From positions 143,991,162 to 144,055,161 of the forward strand of contig NC_133618.1 in assembly GCF_048593235.1 (NCBI RefSeq): a stretch of DNA of 64,000 bases, given 5' to 3'. Below, piece after piece: positions 63,908-64,000 of this stretch. The number at the start of each line of letters is the position of its first letter. The stretch's first letter is position 1. The notes beneath the pieces were generated by a model. It was not told where the DNA came from, did not search any database, and saw nothing but the letters and a program-made list of their open reading frames with translations. The stretch is from Sminthopsis crassicaudata (Eukaryota). A program made the translations under genes and the position numbers.

Positions 63908-64000
63908 GGAGATGGGAGGAGGGAATCACCAGACAGAGAGCCAAGGTGGATAGAACACAGTGATGTTTATTGAAGTTACAAGTCAGCAGTGTCTCTCTGA
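63809..64000 (-). mobile_element. R/U5 end of an LTR abutting env TM, cut by the window edge
   Basis: AATAAA at 63967-63972; ends cccctaaca. Confidence 0.8.

Overview
Marsupial genomic DNA, most likely a dasyurid: it carries marsupial-type L1s, WSINE1/MAR1-type SINEs, RTE/BovB and OC1 hAT elements. I recognise no host protein-coding exon, RNA gene or CRISPR array, and the window is almost entirely transposable-element derived. The left part (1-21 kb) is a mix of ancient MIR/L2/CR1 fragments and L1s around a single CpG-island promoter at about 14.7-15.4 kb. The right part (21-64 kb) is a deep nest of ERVs: class I ERV3-like and gamma-like proviruses, at least three beta-like elements, many solo LTRs, an L1 and hAT transposons. 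Nearly all of these lie on the minus strand. Most notable: (1) a candidate antisense TE-trap or piRNA-cluster-like unit downstream of a MYB/CHR-motif promoter; (2) a beta-like ERV with an exact 17-bp copy of its 3' PPT at the lentiviral central-PPT position; (3) a poly(A)-tailed retrocopy with a perfect 14-bp TSD inside a gamma env tail; (4) two open beta-type Env ORFs, an SU-only 292 aa and an LTR-initiated TM 232 aa. All family names come from my recognition of motifs, not from database searches, and boundaries given without a TSD are approximate.
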